DNA of 64,000 nt, from positions 5,056,001 to 5,120,000 of the forward strand of contig OZ242005.1 in assembly GCA_965204725.1 (NCBI GenBank), given 5' to 3'. Both the position numbers and the translations under genes were made by a program. The number at the start of each line of letters is the position of its first letter. The first letter of the stretch is position 1. The notes below the pieces were generated by a model, which saw nothing but the letters and a program-made list of their open reading frames with translations, did no database searches and was not told the origin of the DNA. This DNA comes from Candidatus Latescibacterota bacterium. Lineage in GTDB: Bacteria > Latescibacterota > UBA2968 > UBA8231. This document shows, piece by piece, positions 1-9,600 of this stretch.

Positions 1-2
1 AT

Positions 3-2723
3 CCCCTCACCGCGTACGAGCGGCCCCCGCGCACCCTAATCACCGTTCACCCCGGCGACCTCGAAGTCGTCAAGGGCGACGACGCCACCCTACATGTGCA
101 TTTTTCTGGCGACAAGCCGCGCCGCGCTCGCATCGTGCGCCACGCGGGCACGGCAGCACCCTACCAGAGCGAAGATCTGGTGGTCGATCGCGCCGACTCG
201 GTCGCGTACACCTTTCCCCGAGTGCAGCGGTCCTTCCGCTACGCCATTGCAGTCGGCAGCGACCGCTCGCCCGAATACGAAGTGCGCGTCATTGACCCAC
301 CGGCGGTCCAGCACGTGCGCTTGCACTACCAGTATCCTGCGTACAGCCGGCTGCCCGACCGCATCGAAGAGGGCGGCGGCGACATCGAGGGCCTGCTCGG
401 CACCCGCGTCGCCGTGGAAATTGCGGCCAACAAGCCCCTGTCGAAGGCCTCCTTAGTCCGCGACGACACCCTAGCCGCCCAGCTCGACGGCGCGACTGCC
501 CGCGTCGCCTTCCAAATTGAGCGGGCGGGTGCGTACCACATCGCCCTCACCGACCGCCAAGGGGCGACCAACCGCGACCCCATCCGCTACGCCATCCAAG
601 TGCGCGCCGACCAAAAGCCGGAAGTCGCTCTCGTCGCGCCCGGCCGCGACAGCGACCTGCCCGAGTCGCTCAAGGTGCTGCTCGAAGCCGAGGCCAGCGA
701 CGACTTTTCCGTCGAGCAAATCGACTTGGTCTATCGAGTCAACAACGGCCCCGAACAGTGCCAACCGCTGCCGATCAACCCCCAGCGCGAGGTGCTCGTC
801 AGCCACGTCTGGAACCTGTCAGCCGCCAACCTCTTGCCCGAAGACCGCGTCTTTTACCACCTAGAGGCCCTCGACAACAATCGAGTATCCGGCCCGCAAA
901 AAGGTCGCAGCCGCCAGTACGTGCTGCGCTTCCCCTCCCTGTACGAACTCTACTCAGAGGCCGACCAAGCCCAAGGCGAGCAACTATCCACCTTGGCGGA
1001 ACTGGCGGCCGATGGACAGGCGCATCAGGAGTACATCGAGCGGGTGCGCCGCGAGTTGCTCAAAAGCGAGGAGCTGAGCTGGGAACAAAAGAAGGAACTC
1101 GAAGCGACGCTGGCGGCCGAGGCCGAGCGCGCCCGCGCCGTGGAGGAGCTGGCGGCCGAATTGGAGAAAACCATCGATGCCATGCAGGCCGAGGGCACGG
1201 CCGCCGAGCAACTGCTCGACAAGCTCGACCACATCCGCGAGCTCATGGGCGCCATCGCCACCCCCGAAATGCAGCAGGCCCTCGCCGACCTGCAAAAAGC
1301 CGCGAGCAATCCAGATCCCCAAGCCCTCGCCGACGCCCTCAAGCGCTTTAGCCAAGACCAGCAAGCCTTCCAGCAACGGCTCGACCGCACCATTGCCCTG
1401 CTCGAACAGGTGCGGACCGAGCAGCAGCTACGCGCCATCGTCGAGCAAGCCGCGGAGCTCGCCCGACGCCAGCATCAGATCAACCGCGAGCTCGCGGCCG
1501 GCCAGAGCGGCCTGCGCCAGCAGCTACAGGAAGGCAGCTTGCAGCGCGACACTGAGCGGCTCGGCGAGCAGCTCGCCGAGCTAAGCGCAGCTACGGCCGA
1601 GCAAAAGCCCGCGTTTGCCGAGCAGCTCGCGCGCCGCGCCGAGCACCTAGCGCGTGCGGCCCTCGCCGAGCGAATGCGCCAGATGGTGCGCCAGATGCGC
1701 GCCCAATCCCAAGGCGCGGCCCAGCAGACCGGGCAGGCTTTGGCCGCCGACCTCGACTCGCTGGCCGAGGACTTGCAGCAGCTTCAAGACGAGTACCTCG
1801 CCGGCGAGAAGGACCAGCTCAGCCGCGCCCTGCGCCGCGCCCTGCGCGACCTCGTCCAGCTATCCCAACGCCAAGAGAGCCTGTTGGCCGAGGCCAGTGC
1901 CCAAGAGCAATTCGCGCTCCAGCAAGGCACCGGTCAGGTCGCGGAACGCGTCGCGGCTGTGGGCCGACGCACCTTGGCCCTCGCCCCTGACTTGCGCGCC
2001 ACCATGGGCTACGCCCTGCGCTATATGCACGACGCAGCCCAGCGCCTCGGCCAGCGCGATGCGCAGGGGGCGCGCAATCCCCAGCAGCAGGCCATGCGCT
2101 ATCTCAATGAGACCGTTCTACTCCTGCGCGAGAGCCTCGACAACCTCGCCAAGGCGCAGACCCCTTCGGCCTTTGCCGAGGCCATGGAGCAGTTGCTCGG
2201 CCTTTCCGAGCAGCAGAGCCAGCTCAACCAAGCATCCGAGCAGGCCATGGGCCAGCAGCTAGGCCCGGCCCGCCAGCGGCAAATCGCCCGCCTCAGTGCT
2301 CAACAGCAGGGTCTCATGCAGATGATCGGGGAGGTCGCTCGCTCGCTGCGCGGGCATCGCGGTGCCCAACAGCGGGTGCAAGCGATTGAGAAAGAGATGC
2401 GGGACGTACTCGCCGATTTGCAGCGGGGGCGGCTCACCGAGCGCACGCGGCAAAATCAGGAGCGCGTCTATCAGCGCATGCTCGACGCCAGCCGCTCCAT
2501 CCACAGCCGCGGCTTTGAGGAAAAGCGGCGCAGCATCGCGGCCACCGACCAGCCCTACGCCGGCCCAGCCACCCTGCCCGTCGATCGCGGGCAGACGCCC
2601 GACCTGTGGCGCGAAGCCCTGCGTCAAGCCCTCGCCGGCCCCTATCCCGAGGAGTACCGAGCCTTGCTCCGGCGCTACTACGACCAAATTTACCAAGACC
2701 TGCAACCGAGCGAAGCCCCATGA
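3..2723 (+). CDS. DUF4175-like large membrane/coiled-coil protein (5' partial)
   Basis: The frame is open back to the window start (PLTAYERPPRTLITVHPGDLEVVKGDD...). Ig-like segments (PPAYSRLP, DQKPEV, ASDDFSV, EALDNNRVSGPQKGRS) are followed by a long Q/E/A coiled coil ending YPEEYRALLRRYY. Confidence 0.75.
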   Translation, partial: PLTAYERPPRTLITVHPGDLEVVKGDDATLHVHFSGDKPRRARIVRHAGTAAPYQSEDLVVDRADSVAYTFPRVQRSFRYAIAVGSDRSPEYEVRVIDPPAVQHVRLHYQYPAYSRLPDRIEEGGGDIEGLLGTRVAVEIAANKPLSKASLVRDDTLAAQLDGATARVAFQIERAGAYHIALTDRQGATNRDPIRYAIQVRADQKPEVALVAPGRDSDLPESLKVLLEAEASDDFSVEQIDLVYRVNNGPEQCQPLPINPQREVLVSHVWNLSAANLLPEDRVFYHLEALDNNRVSGPQKGRSRQYVLRFPSLYELYSEADQAQGEQLSTLAELAADGQAHQEYIERVRRELLKSEELSWEQKKELEATLAAEAERARAVEELAAELEKTIDAMQAEGTAAEQLLDKLDHIRELMGAIATPEMQQALADLQKAASNPDPQALADALKRFSQDQQAFQQRLDRTIALLEQVRTEQQLRAIVEQAAELARRQHQINRELAAGQSGLRQQLQEGSLQRDTERLGEQLAELSAATAEQKPAFAEQLARRAEHLARAALAERMRQMVRQMRAQSQGAAQQTGQALAADLDSLAEDLQQLQDEYLAGEKDQLSRALRRALRDLVQLSQRQESLLAEASAQEQFALQQGTGQVAERVAAVGRRTLALAPDLRATMGYALRYMHDAAQRLGQRDAQGARNPQQQAMRYLNETVLLLRESLDNLAKAQTPSAFAEAMEQLLGLSEQQSQLNQASEQAMGQQLGPARQRQIARLSAQQQGLMQMIGEVARSLRGHRGAQQRVQAIEKEMRDVLADLQRGRLTERTRQNQERVYQRMLDASRSIHSRGFEEKRRSIAATDQPYAGPATLPVDRGQTPDLWREALRQALAGPYPEEYRALLRRYYDQIYQDLQPSEAP

Positions 2724-3547
2724 AAATACCCGCCCTGATCTGCGTCCTCGCCCTGTGGAGCGCGGCCTACGCGACCGCCGACCTGCCAGCGCACGTCGAG
2801 CAAGCGCGCCTGTTGCTAGAAGGCCATGCCGACGCCCAAGGTGCTTGTAATGCCCTGCAAGCGGTGGTCGAAGTGCCGCAACGCGAGCCGTGGACCGAGC
2901 CCGCCCTCATGGTGCTCGCCGAGTGCAGCCTGCGCCTTGGCGACCTAGACCACGCCGATCTCCTTTGGGCCGACTTGGAACAGCGCGGCGGTCCGGCAGC
3001 CTACGCAGCCCGTTATCACCGCGCCGAACTGCTCTACTTCCGCGGCGATTTTGCCGCTGCGTTTGCCGCCTTGGCCGCGCTGGCCGCCGCCGATCCGGGC
3101 CATGCCTTGGCCAACGATGGCTTGGCCCTGCTGGCTGTCGGCGAGGAGTTCACAACGTCCGATGGCCTCGCCGATCTCAGCCGCGCCCAGCTTTTAGAAC
3201 GGCAGGGGCAGAGCGCGGCGGCCGACGCCCACTGGGCGGCCCTTGAAGACCGCGCCGCCCCGGGCCTTGCCGAGTGGAGCTTGCTCCTCCGCGCCGAATT
3301 GCGCGCCCAACAGGGGCGTCTCGACGAGGCCATCGCCCTGTACCAGCGGCAAATCGCCCGCTTCCCCCAAGGCGAACACGTGGTTGCCGCCCATCTCGGC
3401 CTCGCCGCGCTCTACGAGCGCCAAGGCGCGGTTGAGCAGGCCCTCAAGGCTTGTGAGACCGCGCTCCTCCAACACCCGCTCGACGCCCGCGCCCCCGAGG
3501 CGCGCCGGCACATCGAGCGGCTCCGACCCCTGCGCGAAGGAGGCTGA
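2720..3547 (+). CDS. Secreted tetratricopeptide-repeat protein
   Basis: ATGA overlap with the upstream stop; signal-like MKIPALICVLALWSAAYA; TPR-like helices (AIALYQRQIARFPQG, CETALLQHP). Confidence 0.75.
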   Translation: MKIPALICVLALWSAAYATADLPAHVEQARLLLEGHADAQGACNALQAVVEVPQREPWTEPALMVLAECSLRLGDLDHADLLWADLEQRGGPAAYAARYHRAELLYFRGDFAAAFAALAALAAADPGHALANDGLALLAVGEEFTTSDGLADLSRAQLLERQGQSAAADAHWAALEDRAAPGLAEWSLLLRAELRAQQGRLDEAIALYQRQIARFPQGEHVVAAHLGLAALYERQGAVEQALKACETALLQHPLDARAPEARRHIERLRPLREGG

Positions 3548-3549
3548 TC

Positions 3550-4809
3550 ATGCCCATACTCTTTGCCCTAGCCCTTTGCACCCTCGCCGTTTTTCCGGCC
3601 CGCGCCGAGCAGCTCCTCGTGCCCATGGACCCTTCCCAGCGCGACCATCTCCGGGCCTACGGGCTTGCGTTCTGGACCTTGGAACGCGGCATTCCGGTGG
3701 AGTGGCTGCTCAACTATCGAGGGGGCGCGTTCCTCGTTGAAGCGCACGACCTCATCGCCAGCGAAGCCATCCTGCGCGGCGTCAGCACCGAGCGCATCTC
3801 CGCGGCCCAAGCCGCCCAGATCTACGCGGAGATCGATGCGTCCAACATGGAAGTCGTGCGCTTGGAAAAGGTGCCGAAGATCGCCGTGTACACGCCGCCC
3901 AACAAACAGCCTTGGGACGACGCGGTAACGCTGTCGCTGGAGTACGCCCAAATCGACTACGAAAAAATCTGGGACGACGAAGTGCTCCAAGGCGCGCTCG
4001 ACGAGTACGATTGGCTGCACCTGCACCACGAGGACTTCACCGGCCAGTACGGCAAGTTCTATGGCTCCTACAGCAATCAGCCTTGGTATCGCCAACAGCA
4101 GGCCGCGTACGAGCAGATGGCGCGCCGGCTCGGCTACGCCAAGGTTTCCGAACAAAAGAAGGCCGTGGTCGTCAAGATCTACGAGTACATGGCGGCGGGC
4201 GGCTTCCTCTTCGCGATGTGCTCGGCCACCGACACCTTTGACATCGCCCTCGCCGCGCTCAACGTGGATATATGCCACGCGGTCTTCGACGGCGACGCGG
4301 CCGACCCCAATGCCCAAGCCAAGCTCGACTTCAGCCGCACCGTGGCCTTTGAAAACTTTGTCCTCGAAACCAACCCGCTCGTGTACGAATTTTCAAACAT
4401 CGACACCACGCCAGCCGACATGCGCCGGATTCGCACGGCCGAGGCCGAGTATTTCACGCTGTTTGAGTTTTCGGCCAAATACGACCCCGTGCCGACGATG
4501 CTCACCCAGTGCCACACCAACATCGTCGATGGCTTTCTCGGCCAGACCACGGCCTTCCGCCAGTCGCTGATCAAGGACTCGGTCATTCTCCTCGGCAAGG
4601 AAGACGGCACTGACAGCGTCAAGTACATCCATGGCCGCGTCGGCAAGGGCACCTTTACCTTCTATGCCGGCCACGACCCGGAAGACCACCGCCACCACGT
4701 CTATGACCCGCCGACCAACCTCACCCTGCACCCCAATTCGCCCGGCTACCGGCTGATCTTAAACAACGTGCTCTTCCCGGCAGCCAAGAAAAAGGAGCGC
4801 AAGACCTGA
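3550..4809 (+). CDS. Conserved secreted protein of the family often labelled 'asparagine synthetase B' in FCB-group genomes (true function unknown)
   Basis: Signal peptide; family motifs WLLNYRGG, QPWDDAVTL, DWLHLHHEDFTGQYGKF, FAMCSATD, GHDPED, NSPGYRLILNNVLFPAA. Confidence 0.75.
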   Translation: MPILFALALCTLAVFPARAEQLLVPMDPSQRDHLRAYGLAFWTLERGIPVEWLLNYRGGAFLVEAHDLIASEAILRGVSTERISAAQAAQIYAEIDASNMEVVRLEKVPKIAVYTPPNKQPWDDAVTLSLEYAQIDYEKIWDDEVLQGALDEYDWLHLHHEDFTGQYGKFYGSYSNQPWYRQQQAAYEQMARRLGYAKVSEQKKAVVVKIYEYMAAGGFLFAMCSATDTFDIALAALNVDICHAVFDGDAADPNAQAKLDFSRTVAFENFVLETNPLVYEFSNIDTTPADMRRIRTAEAEYFTLFEFSAKYDPVPTMLTQCHTNIVDGFLGQTTAFRQSLIKDSVILLGKEDGTDSVKYIHGRVGKGTFTFYAGHDPEDHRHHVYDPPTNLTLHPNSPGYRLILNNVLFPAAKKKERKT

Positions 4810-5031
4810 GAAGCGTTCTTAACACTCCTGTTGCTTTTGGCTCGTCTTGCCTGACGACGCGAGGGGTCATTCCCGCGCAAGAACGTCACCCCGTGCCCCG
4901 ACACGGGGCGGGAATCCAGATCAGCAAAATTTTCTCACTCGTCTCTCAGGTCCGTCATTCCCGCGCACGCGGGAATCCAGAAAAGGACCCAGCCGAATCA
5001 GAAACGGAAACCTTAATTGTAAGAACGCTTC
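4810..5031. mobile_element. MITE-like element with 12-bp terminal inverted repeats and internal REP hairpins
   Basis: GAAGCGTTCTTA (4810-4821) and TAAGAACGCTTC (5020-5031) are perfect inverted repeats with TGA on both outer sides. Internal GTCATTCCCGCG...CGGGAATCCAG palindromes at 4866-4919 and 4954-4980. Confidence 0.65.
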
Positions 5032-5090
5032 TGAGTCTTGACGGGAGCAGGAGACAGCGGCGAAACCAGAGTACATTTATTTGATTGGAC

Positions 5091-5123
5091 GAAATTTCAT
5101 ATACTACTGTTGATATTTCAGGG
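5091..5123 (+). promoter_or_regulatory. Putative operator GAAAT-N19-ATTTC upstream of DUF4143 ATPase
   Basis: Same core and 19-nt spacing as the perfect palindrome at 44951-44993 upstream of the paralogue. Confidence 0.4.
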
Positions 5124-5146
5124 ATAATACCGCAGAGGAGGGCAGC

Positions 5147-6292
5147 GTGATCCCTCGCCCGAAAGATATGCAGCGTCTTGAACAACTCATGGGGCTTTTC
5201 TCCGTCACGGCGATCCTCGGTGCCCGACAGTGCGGCAAAACAACGCTAGCGCGACAATTCGCCGCGGACCACTACTTCGATTTGGAAAATCCACGGGATT
5301 TAGCCCGACTGGAGCAGCCGCAGTTAGCCCTAGAGGATTTGTCCGGGCTGATCGCCATCGACGAAATCCAGCGGGCACCAGACCTGTTCCCCGTACTGCG
5401 ATACCTAGTGGATACCCAGCCCGGCCAGAAATACCTCGTCCTAGGGAGTGCTTCCCGGGATTTGATACGCCAGAGCAGCGAATCCCTAGCGGGCCGCATC
5501 GCCTATTACCACTTGGGAGGATTGCGTCTCGACGATATCGAGCCATCCCACTGGAAACGGCTGTGGTGGCGCGGCGGTTTTCCCAGCTCCTACACCGCTC
5601 CTTCCGAGGTCGCCAGCTCTATGTGGCGCGAGCACTACATTAGCACTTTTCTCGAGCGCGATGTTCCCCAACTGGGCATCAACATCCCCGCCCCCACCTT
5701 GCGGCGGTTCTGGACCATGCTTTGCCACTACCACGCCCAAGTCGTGAACTACGCCGAGGTCGCCCGCAATTTCGGCATAGCAGATATGACGGTGCGGAGA
5801 TACATAGATATTCTCGCCGGTACGTTCATGGTGCGCGTCCTGCAGCCTTGGCACTCCAACACCAGCAAGCGGCTGGTGAAAAGGCCCAAAATTTATCTGC
5901 GGGACTCGGGTCTGTTCCACGCGCTGCTGGCGATTGATAGCATGGAGCAACTCATGGGGCACAACCGGCTAGGGGCGTCGTGGGAGGGCTTTGCCCTAGA
6001 GTGTGCGTGTCGGGCCGTGGAAAAACGCGATGAGGAGCTGTATTTCTGGCGCACCCATACCGGGGCCGAGGTTGACTTGTTCTGGCAGCAGAGCGGCCGC
6101 AACTGGGCGGTGGAGTGCAAGTTTGCGGACGCGCCCCGCGTGACCCGGTCCATGCACAGCGCCAGCGCCGAACTCGACTTAGAACACTTGTGGGTGGTGT
6201 ATCCGGGCAAAGCGCGCTATCGGCTCGACGAGCGCATTACGGCACTGCCGCTGACCGAGGTGCCAGCGGTTTTAGGTGCCAGCGGTTCTTGA
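5147..6292 (+). CDS. AAA_14 + DUF4143 ATP-binding protein
   Basis: Walker A GARQCGKT, Walker B IAIDEIQ, LGSAS, RGGFP, KRPKIYLRDSG, C-terminal EVDL...AVECK nuclease-like motif. Confidence 0.9.
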   Translation: MIPRPKDMQRLEQLMGLFSVTAILGARQCGKTTLARQFAADHYFDLENPRDLARLEQPQLALEDLSGLIAIDEIQRAPDLFPVLRYLVDTQPGQKYLVLGSASRDLIRQSSESLAGRIAYYHLGGLRLDDIEPSHWKRLWWRGGFPSSYTAPSEVASSMWREHYISTFLERDVPQLGINIPAPTLRRFWTMLCHYHAQVVNYAEVARNFGIADMTVRRYIDILAGTFMVRVLQPWHSNTSKRLVKRPKIYLRDSGLFHALLAIDSMEQLMGHNRLGASWEGFALECACRAVEKRDEELYFWRTHTGAEVDLFWQQSGRNWAVECKFADAPRVTRSMHSASAELDLEHLWVVYPGKARYRLDERITALPLTEVPAVLGASGS

Positions 6293-6321
6293 ACAACTTT
6301 TTCTAAAGGAGGAGGTCTGCC

Positions 6322-6600
6322 ATGCAATCGCTTACTTGTTTAATCAAAAAAGAAGGCAATCAGTACGCCTCGCTGTGCGTCGAACTGGATATTGCCTCTT
6401 GCGGCACAAATAAAAAAGAATCACTGGACAGCTTGAGAGACGCGGCGGAAGCCTATCTAGAGTATATGATTGCTGAGAATCGCCGCGATGAAATCTATCG
6501 GCCTGTGCCCATAGACGAACTTAAAGAGTTCTTATTTGCCGGGGACGAGATTGCCGAACAATCGTTTAAGGCGATCCCGCTGGTGCTCGAACATGCCTAA
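6322..6600 (+). CDS. hicB: HicB-family antitoxin (short, no DNA-binding domain)
   Basis: YASLCVELDIASCG...ESLDSLRDAAEAYLE motif; strong RBS; overlaps the downstream toxin. Confidence 0.75.
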   Translation: MQSLTCLIKKEGNQYASLCVELDIASCGTNKKESLDSLRDAAEAYLEYMIAENRRDEIYRPVPIDELKEFLFAGDEIAEQSFKAIPLVLEHA

Positions 6601-6823
6601 GAACCTATCCAGCAGGGATGTGGCTTGGATATTGGACCAGATCGGCATACAACTCGTCAGGCGGGGCAAGGAAGACATCTTTGAGGGAGAATACGGAGGC
6701 CGCAATCGCGTAGTCGTCGTGCCGCGCAACAAGCGCAGTATCCCCCAAGGCACATTGAGCTCGATTTGGCGTCAGGCGGGTGTCAACCGGAATATCGCAG
6801 AGGCGATCTGGAACAGGAGATAG
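6593..6823 (+). CDS. hicA: HicA-family toxin
   Basis: 76 aa MPKNLSSRDVAWIL...VVVPRNKRSIPQGTLSSIWRQAG. The usual GSH histidine is replaced (GKE). Confidence 0.7.
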   Translation: MPKNLSSRDVAWILDQIGIQLVRRGKEDIFEGEYGGRNRVVVVPRNKRSIPQGTLSSIWRQAGVNRNIAEAIWNRR

Positions 6824-6916
6824 GAACCATACTATTTGCGCCGTATCGTATATAGTTGATATGCGATTGCTCGGCTTATCGGCATACAACCAGCCCAGAC
6901 CACGCAAAGCGGCCTG

Positions 6917-8371
6917 TCATCCGGCGCCCGCTGGATCGCCCTCGAAAAGCACCTGCTTCCCCCTTGCGGTTAGGCGGTACTTCTGCTTGGGACTCCTCGG
7001 CGACTCGGGCTGCGTCCTTTCAACGAGGCCGGTATCTAAGACCGGATGCAGGTAGTTGTAGAGGAATGTTGGACGATGGTGCAACCCAAGGACGTCCATG
7101 GCCTCGCGGACGCTCAAGGGTTTGCTTTTGAGGCAGTTAAGGATGCGTTTTACTTGTTCGGTGGCTTGTTCGGTGGCTTGTTCGGTGGCTTGTTCGGTAT
7201 CTTGTTCGGCGACCTTTGGAGCCGCGATGTTCTCAGGCAACGGCACGGTAACGCGCATCCGCATCCCGATTTCCGCAATCTGTAACTCCGGTAGCCCCAG
7301 CTCTTCTGCCTCGCGGAACATGCGGGGGATGCCGCTGCCCCACTGCTCAATCAGGTTCAACTCGCGGAAGACTCGCGCAATGACGTGATTGCGAATTTTT
7401 GAGAGGCCCTGACGAATGTCGTCGAGGGTCAAACCCGGCAGGAGGATGCCGGGGTTTTCGACCTCAATGCGGTCGTCAAAAAAAGCCACCCGAATAGGCC
7501 CCCCCTTCTGCGAATAGTCGGCGTGAACCAGCGCGTTAATGACCACCTCGCGCAAAATTCCAAGGGGAATGCTCCAGCGGTCTCGGCGACGGATTGCGGA
7601 AAAGTCGGCCCCGCGCATGGCGTGTTTCTTGAGAAACAACAGGATGCTTTCGACTGCCTGCGGCAGCGGGTCGTGCAGTTCGACGTGATCGAAAATATCT
7701 GCTTTGTCCCGCCCGATAAAGCGTCCGCATTGCACCCAAGCGTCGGGAAAGTGTCTTGCCCGTTCTCTGCCGACGAGCAAAACCGCCCCTTTAGTGGGCA
7801 CTCGTCGCCCCTGCTCGTTGGTTAGCAATCTCAGGGTGAGCAACTCCCTTTCGCCGAGGTCGCGCTGGTCGTGGAATAGCTCCTCGAGCACCGCCAAGTC
7901 CAAATCGGCAATGGACAGCTCGGGCATGGGGAGTTCGTCAAAAGCAACGCCTTCGGTCGAGCGTCTCAACTCGGTGCACAATTCCCGGTCGGCCAGCCGA
8001 TTGGTGGAGCCTAAACGGACATAGACCCCGCGCTCAGGGCCTTCGGCCTGCAACCAGTGCGGCCGGGACCCGCTCAGAAACACTTCTACCACGAGCAAGG
8101 TTTTGCCGTTGACCGTGGTCATCTCGACATTCGGAACGAGGCGCGGTCGGATGGAGTCGGCGATCAGGCTGCAAAGCCGTTCCTCTTCGTCGAGTGGATT
8201 CTCTATCCCCACCAACGAGCGAGACCGATCGTCCACGCCAACGATCACCCGCCCACCCGCTGTATTGGCAAAAGCCACGAGGGTTTTCAGTAGGTTTTTA
8301 GGCGAAGACATGTCCCGCTTAAATTCCAGCGTCTTGTCTTCCTCGCGCCTGAGAAGATCAGCAATACTCAT
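6917..8371 (-). CDS. AlbA_2 (Schlafen-like) + HATPase_c_4 + C-terminal wHTH protein
   Basis: EDKTLEFK, VAFANTAGG, REVVINALVHADY, IEVENPG, RNHVIA, IEQWGSGI, SPKQKYRLT. Start set at MSIADLL because the longer ORF runs through a REP. Confidence 0.85.
   Translation of the reverse strand: MSIADLLRREEDKTLEFKRDMSSPKNLLKTLVAFANTAGGRVIVGVDDRSRSLVGIENPLDEEERLCSLIADSIRPRLVPNVEMTTVNGKTLLVVEVFLSGSRPHWLQAEGPERGVYVRLGSTNRLADRELCTELRRSTEGVAFDELPMPELSIADLDLAVLEELFHDQRDLGERELLTLRLLTNEQGRRVPTKGAVLLVGRERARHFPDAWVQCGRFIGRDKADIFDHVELHDPLPQAVESILLFLKKHAMRGADFSAIRRRDRWSIPLGILREVVINALVHADYSQKGGPIRVAFFDDRIEVENPGILLPGLTLDDIRQGLSKIRNHVIARVFRELNLIEQWGSGIPRMFREAEELGLPELQIAEIGMRMRVTVPLPENIAAPKVAEQDTEQATEQATEQATEQVKRILNCLKSKPLSVREAMDVLGLHHRPTFLYNYLHPVLDTGLVERTQPESPRSPKQKYRLTARGKQVLFEGDPAGAG
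7153..7210 (-). repeat. 12-bp tandem repeat encoding (TEQA)n linker
   Basis: CTTGTTCGGTGG repeated on the + strand; protein EQDTEQATEQATEQATEQV. Confidence 0.85.
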
Positions 8372-8418
8372 TAGCAATAGCTCTAAGTACGCGACACTTA
8401 CTTTGCGTAGCCTTTTCT

Positions 8419-8490
8419 GCGGTTCCCGTTGCGTCCGGGATCGAGGGCATCTTGCCCTCGCCGAGGGCAAGATGCCCTCGATCCTTGGAA
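8419..8490. repeat. REP-like palindrome (GAGGGCAAGATGCCCTC family), doubled
   Basis: Perfect 23-bp inverted repeat 8438-8460/8462-8484; flanks GCGGTTCCCG and CCTTGGAA are shared with 39660-39711. Confidence 0.8.
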
Positions 8491-8609
8491 GGATAGCGGC
8501 TGGCGTCGTGTAGTAAGGCAATAGCCTATAGTACCCCCCAAGTCTTTTCGTCTATATTATTTAGGATTGCGAATTCATGTCAACCGTTCATTGTCCTGAA
8601 AGGAAGTAC

Positions 8610-9599
8610 ATGTCAGACACCGAGGCCGTCGCTCAACTCGGCCAAATTAGGGACCGCATCTACGGCGAGATCGGCCAAGTCGTCATCGGTCAGAAGCAGA
8701 TCGTCGAGGAGCTGCTCATCGCCTTGCTCGCCGGCGGCCACTGCCTGCTGGTAGGCGTACCCGGCTTGGCCAAAACCACGCTCATCCAAACCCTCGCCCG
8801 TACGCTCGATCTCTCCTTTGGCCGCATCCAATTCACCCCGGATCTCATGCCCTCGGACATCACCGGCACTGAAGTACTAGAAGAAGACATCGACACCGGC
8901 CGCAAGGCATTTCGCTTCATCCGCGGGCCTTTGTTTGCCAACGTCATCCTCGCCGACGAAATCAACCGCACCCCTCCCAAGACCCAAGCGGCCCTGCTCC
9001 AAGCCATGCAGGAACACGCCGTAACCGCAGCCGGCGAGACCATGCCGCTCAGCGAGCCGTTCTTCGTGCTCGCCACGCAAAATCCCATTGAGCAGGAGGG
9101 GACCTATCCCCTCCCCGAAGCCCAGCTCGACCGCTTTGTCTTTGAGCTGTGGATCGACTATCCGAGCGACCGCGAGGAAGAGGACATCGTCCGCGCCACC
9201 ACCAGCAGTGCCCAAGCCACCGTCCGCCAAGTCGTGGATGCCCAGCAGATCGTCGAGCTACAACAACTCGTGCGCCGGGTGCCCGTGGCCGACCACTGCG
9301 TCCGCTACGCTGTCTCGCTGGTGCGTTCCTCGCGGCCCGGCGACGCCCAAGCACCGGATTACATCCGCGAAATGGTTAGCTGGGGCGCCGGACCGCGCGC
9401 CTCTCAGTACTTGGTCTTGGCAGCCAAGGCGCGGGCCATCCTCGCTGGCCGACACTCGGTCGCCATTGAGGACATCCGCGCCGTGGCCCTGCCGGTGATG
9501 CGCCACCGCATGGTCGTCAACTTCCACGCCGAAGCCCAAAACATCAGCGCGGTCGGCCTGATCCAACGCCTGCTCGCCGACGTGGCCCCAGAATCCTGA
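8610..9599 (+). CDS. moxR: MoxR-family AAA+ ATPase
   Basis: GVPGLAKT, RIQFTPDLMPSDITG, LADEINRTPPKTQAALL, ATQNPIEQEGTYPLPEAQLDRF. Confidence 0.95.
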   Translation: MSDTEAVAQLGQIRDRIYGEIGQVVIGQKQIVEELLIALLAGGHCLLVGVPGLAKTTLIQTLARTLDLSFGRIQFTPDLMPSDITGTEVLEEDIDTGRKAFRFIRGPLFANVILADEINRTPPKTQAALLQAMQEHAVTAAGETMPLSEPFFVLATQNPIEQEGTYPLPEAQLDRFVFELWIDYPSDREEEDIVRATTSSAQATVRQVVDAQQIVELQQLVRRVPVADHCVRYAVSLVRSSRPGDAQAPDYIREMVSWGAGPRASQYLVLAAKARAILAGRHSVAIEDIRAVALPVMRHRMVVNFHAEAQNISAVGLIQRLLADVAPES

Positions 9600-9600
9600 C

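Noticed and set aside
2606-2719. Upstream-extended starts from the ORF track (also 8521, 12022, 26262, 28153, 51974, 61706)
   Set aside because: They overlap neighbours or repeats; downstream starts with an RBS or ATGA coupling fit better.
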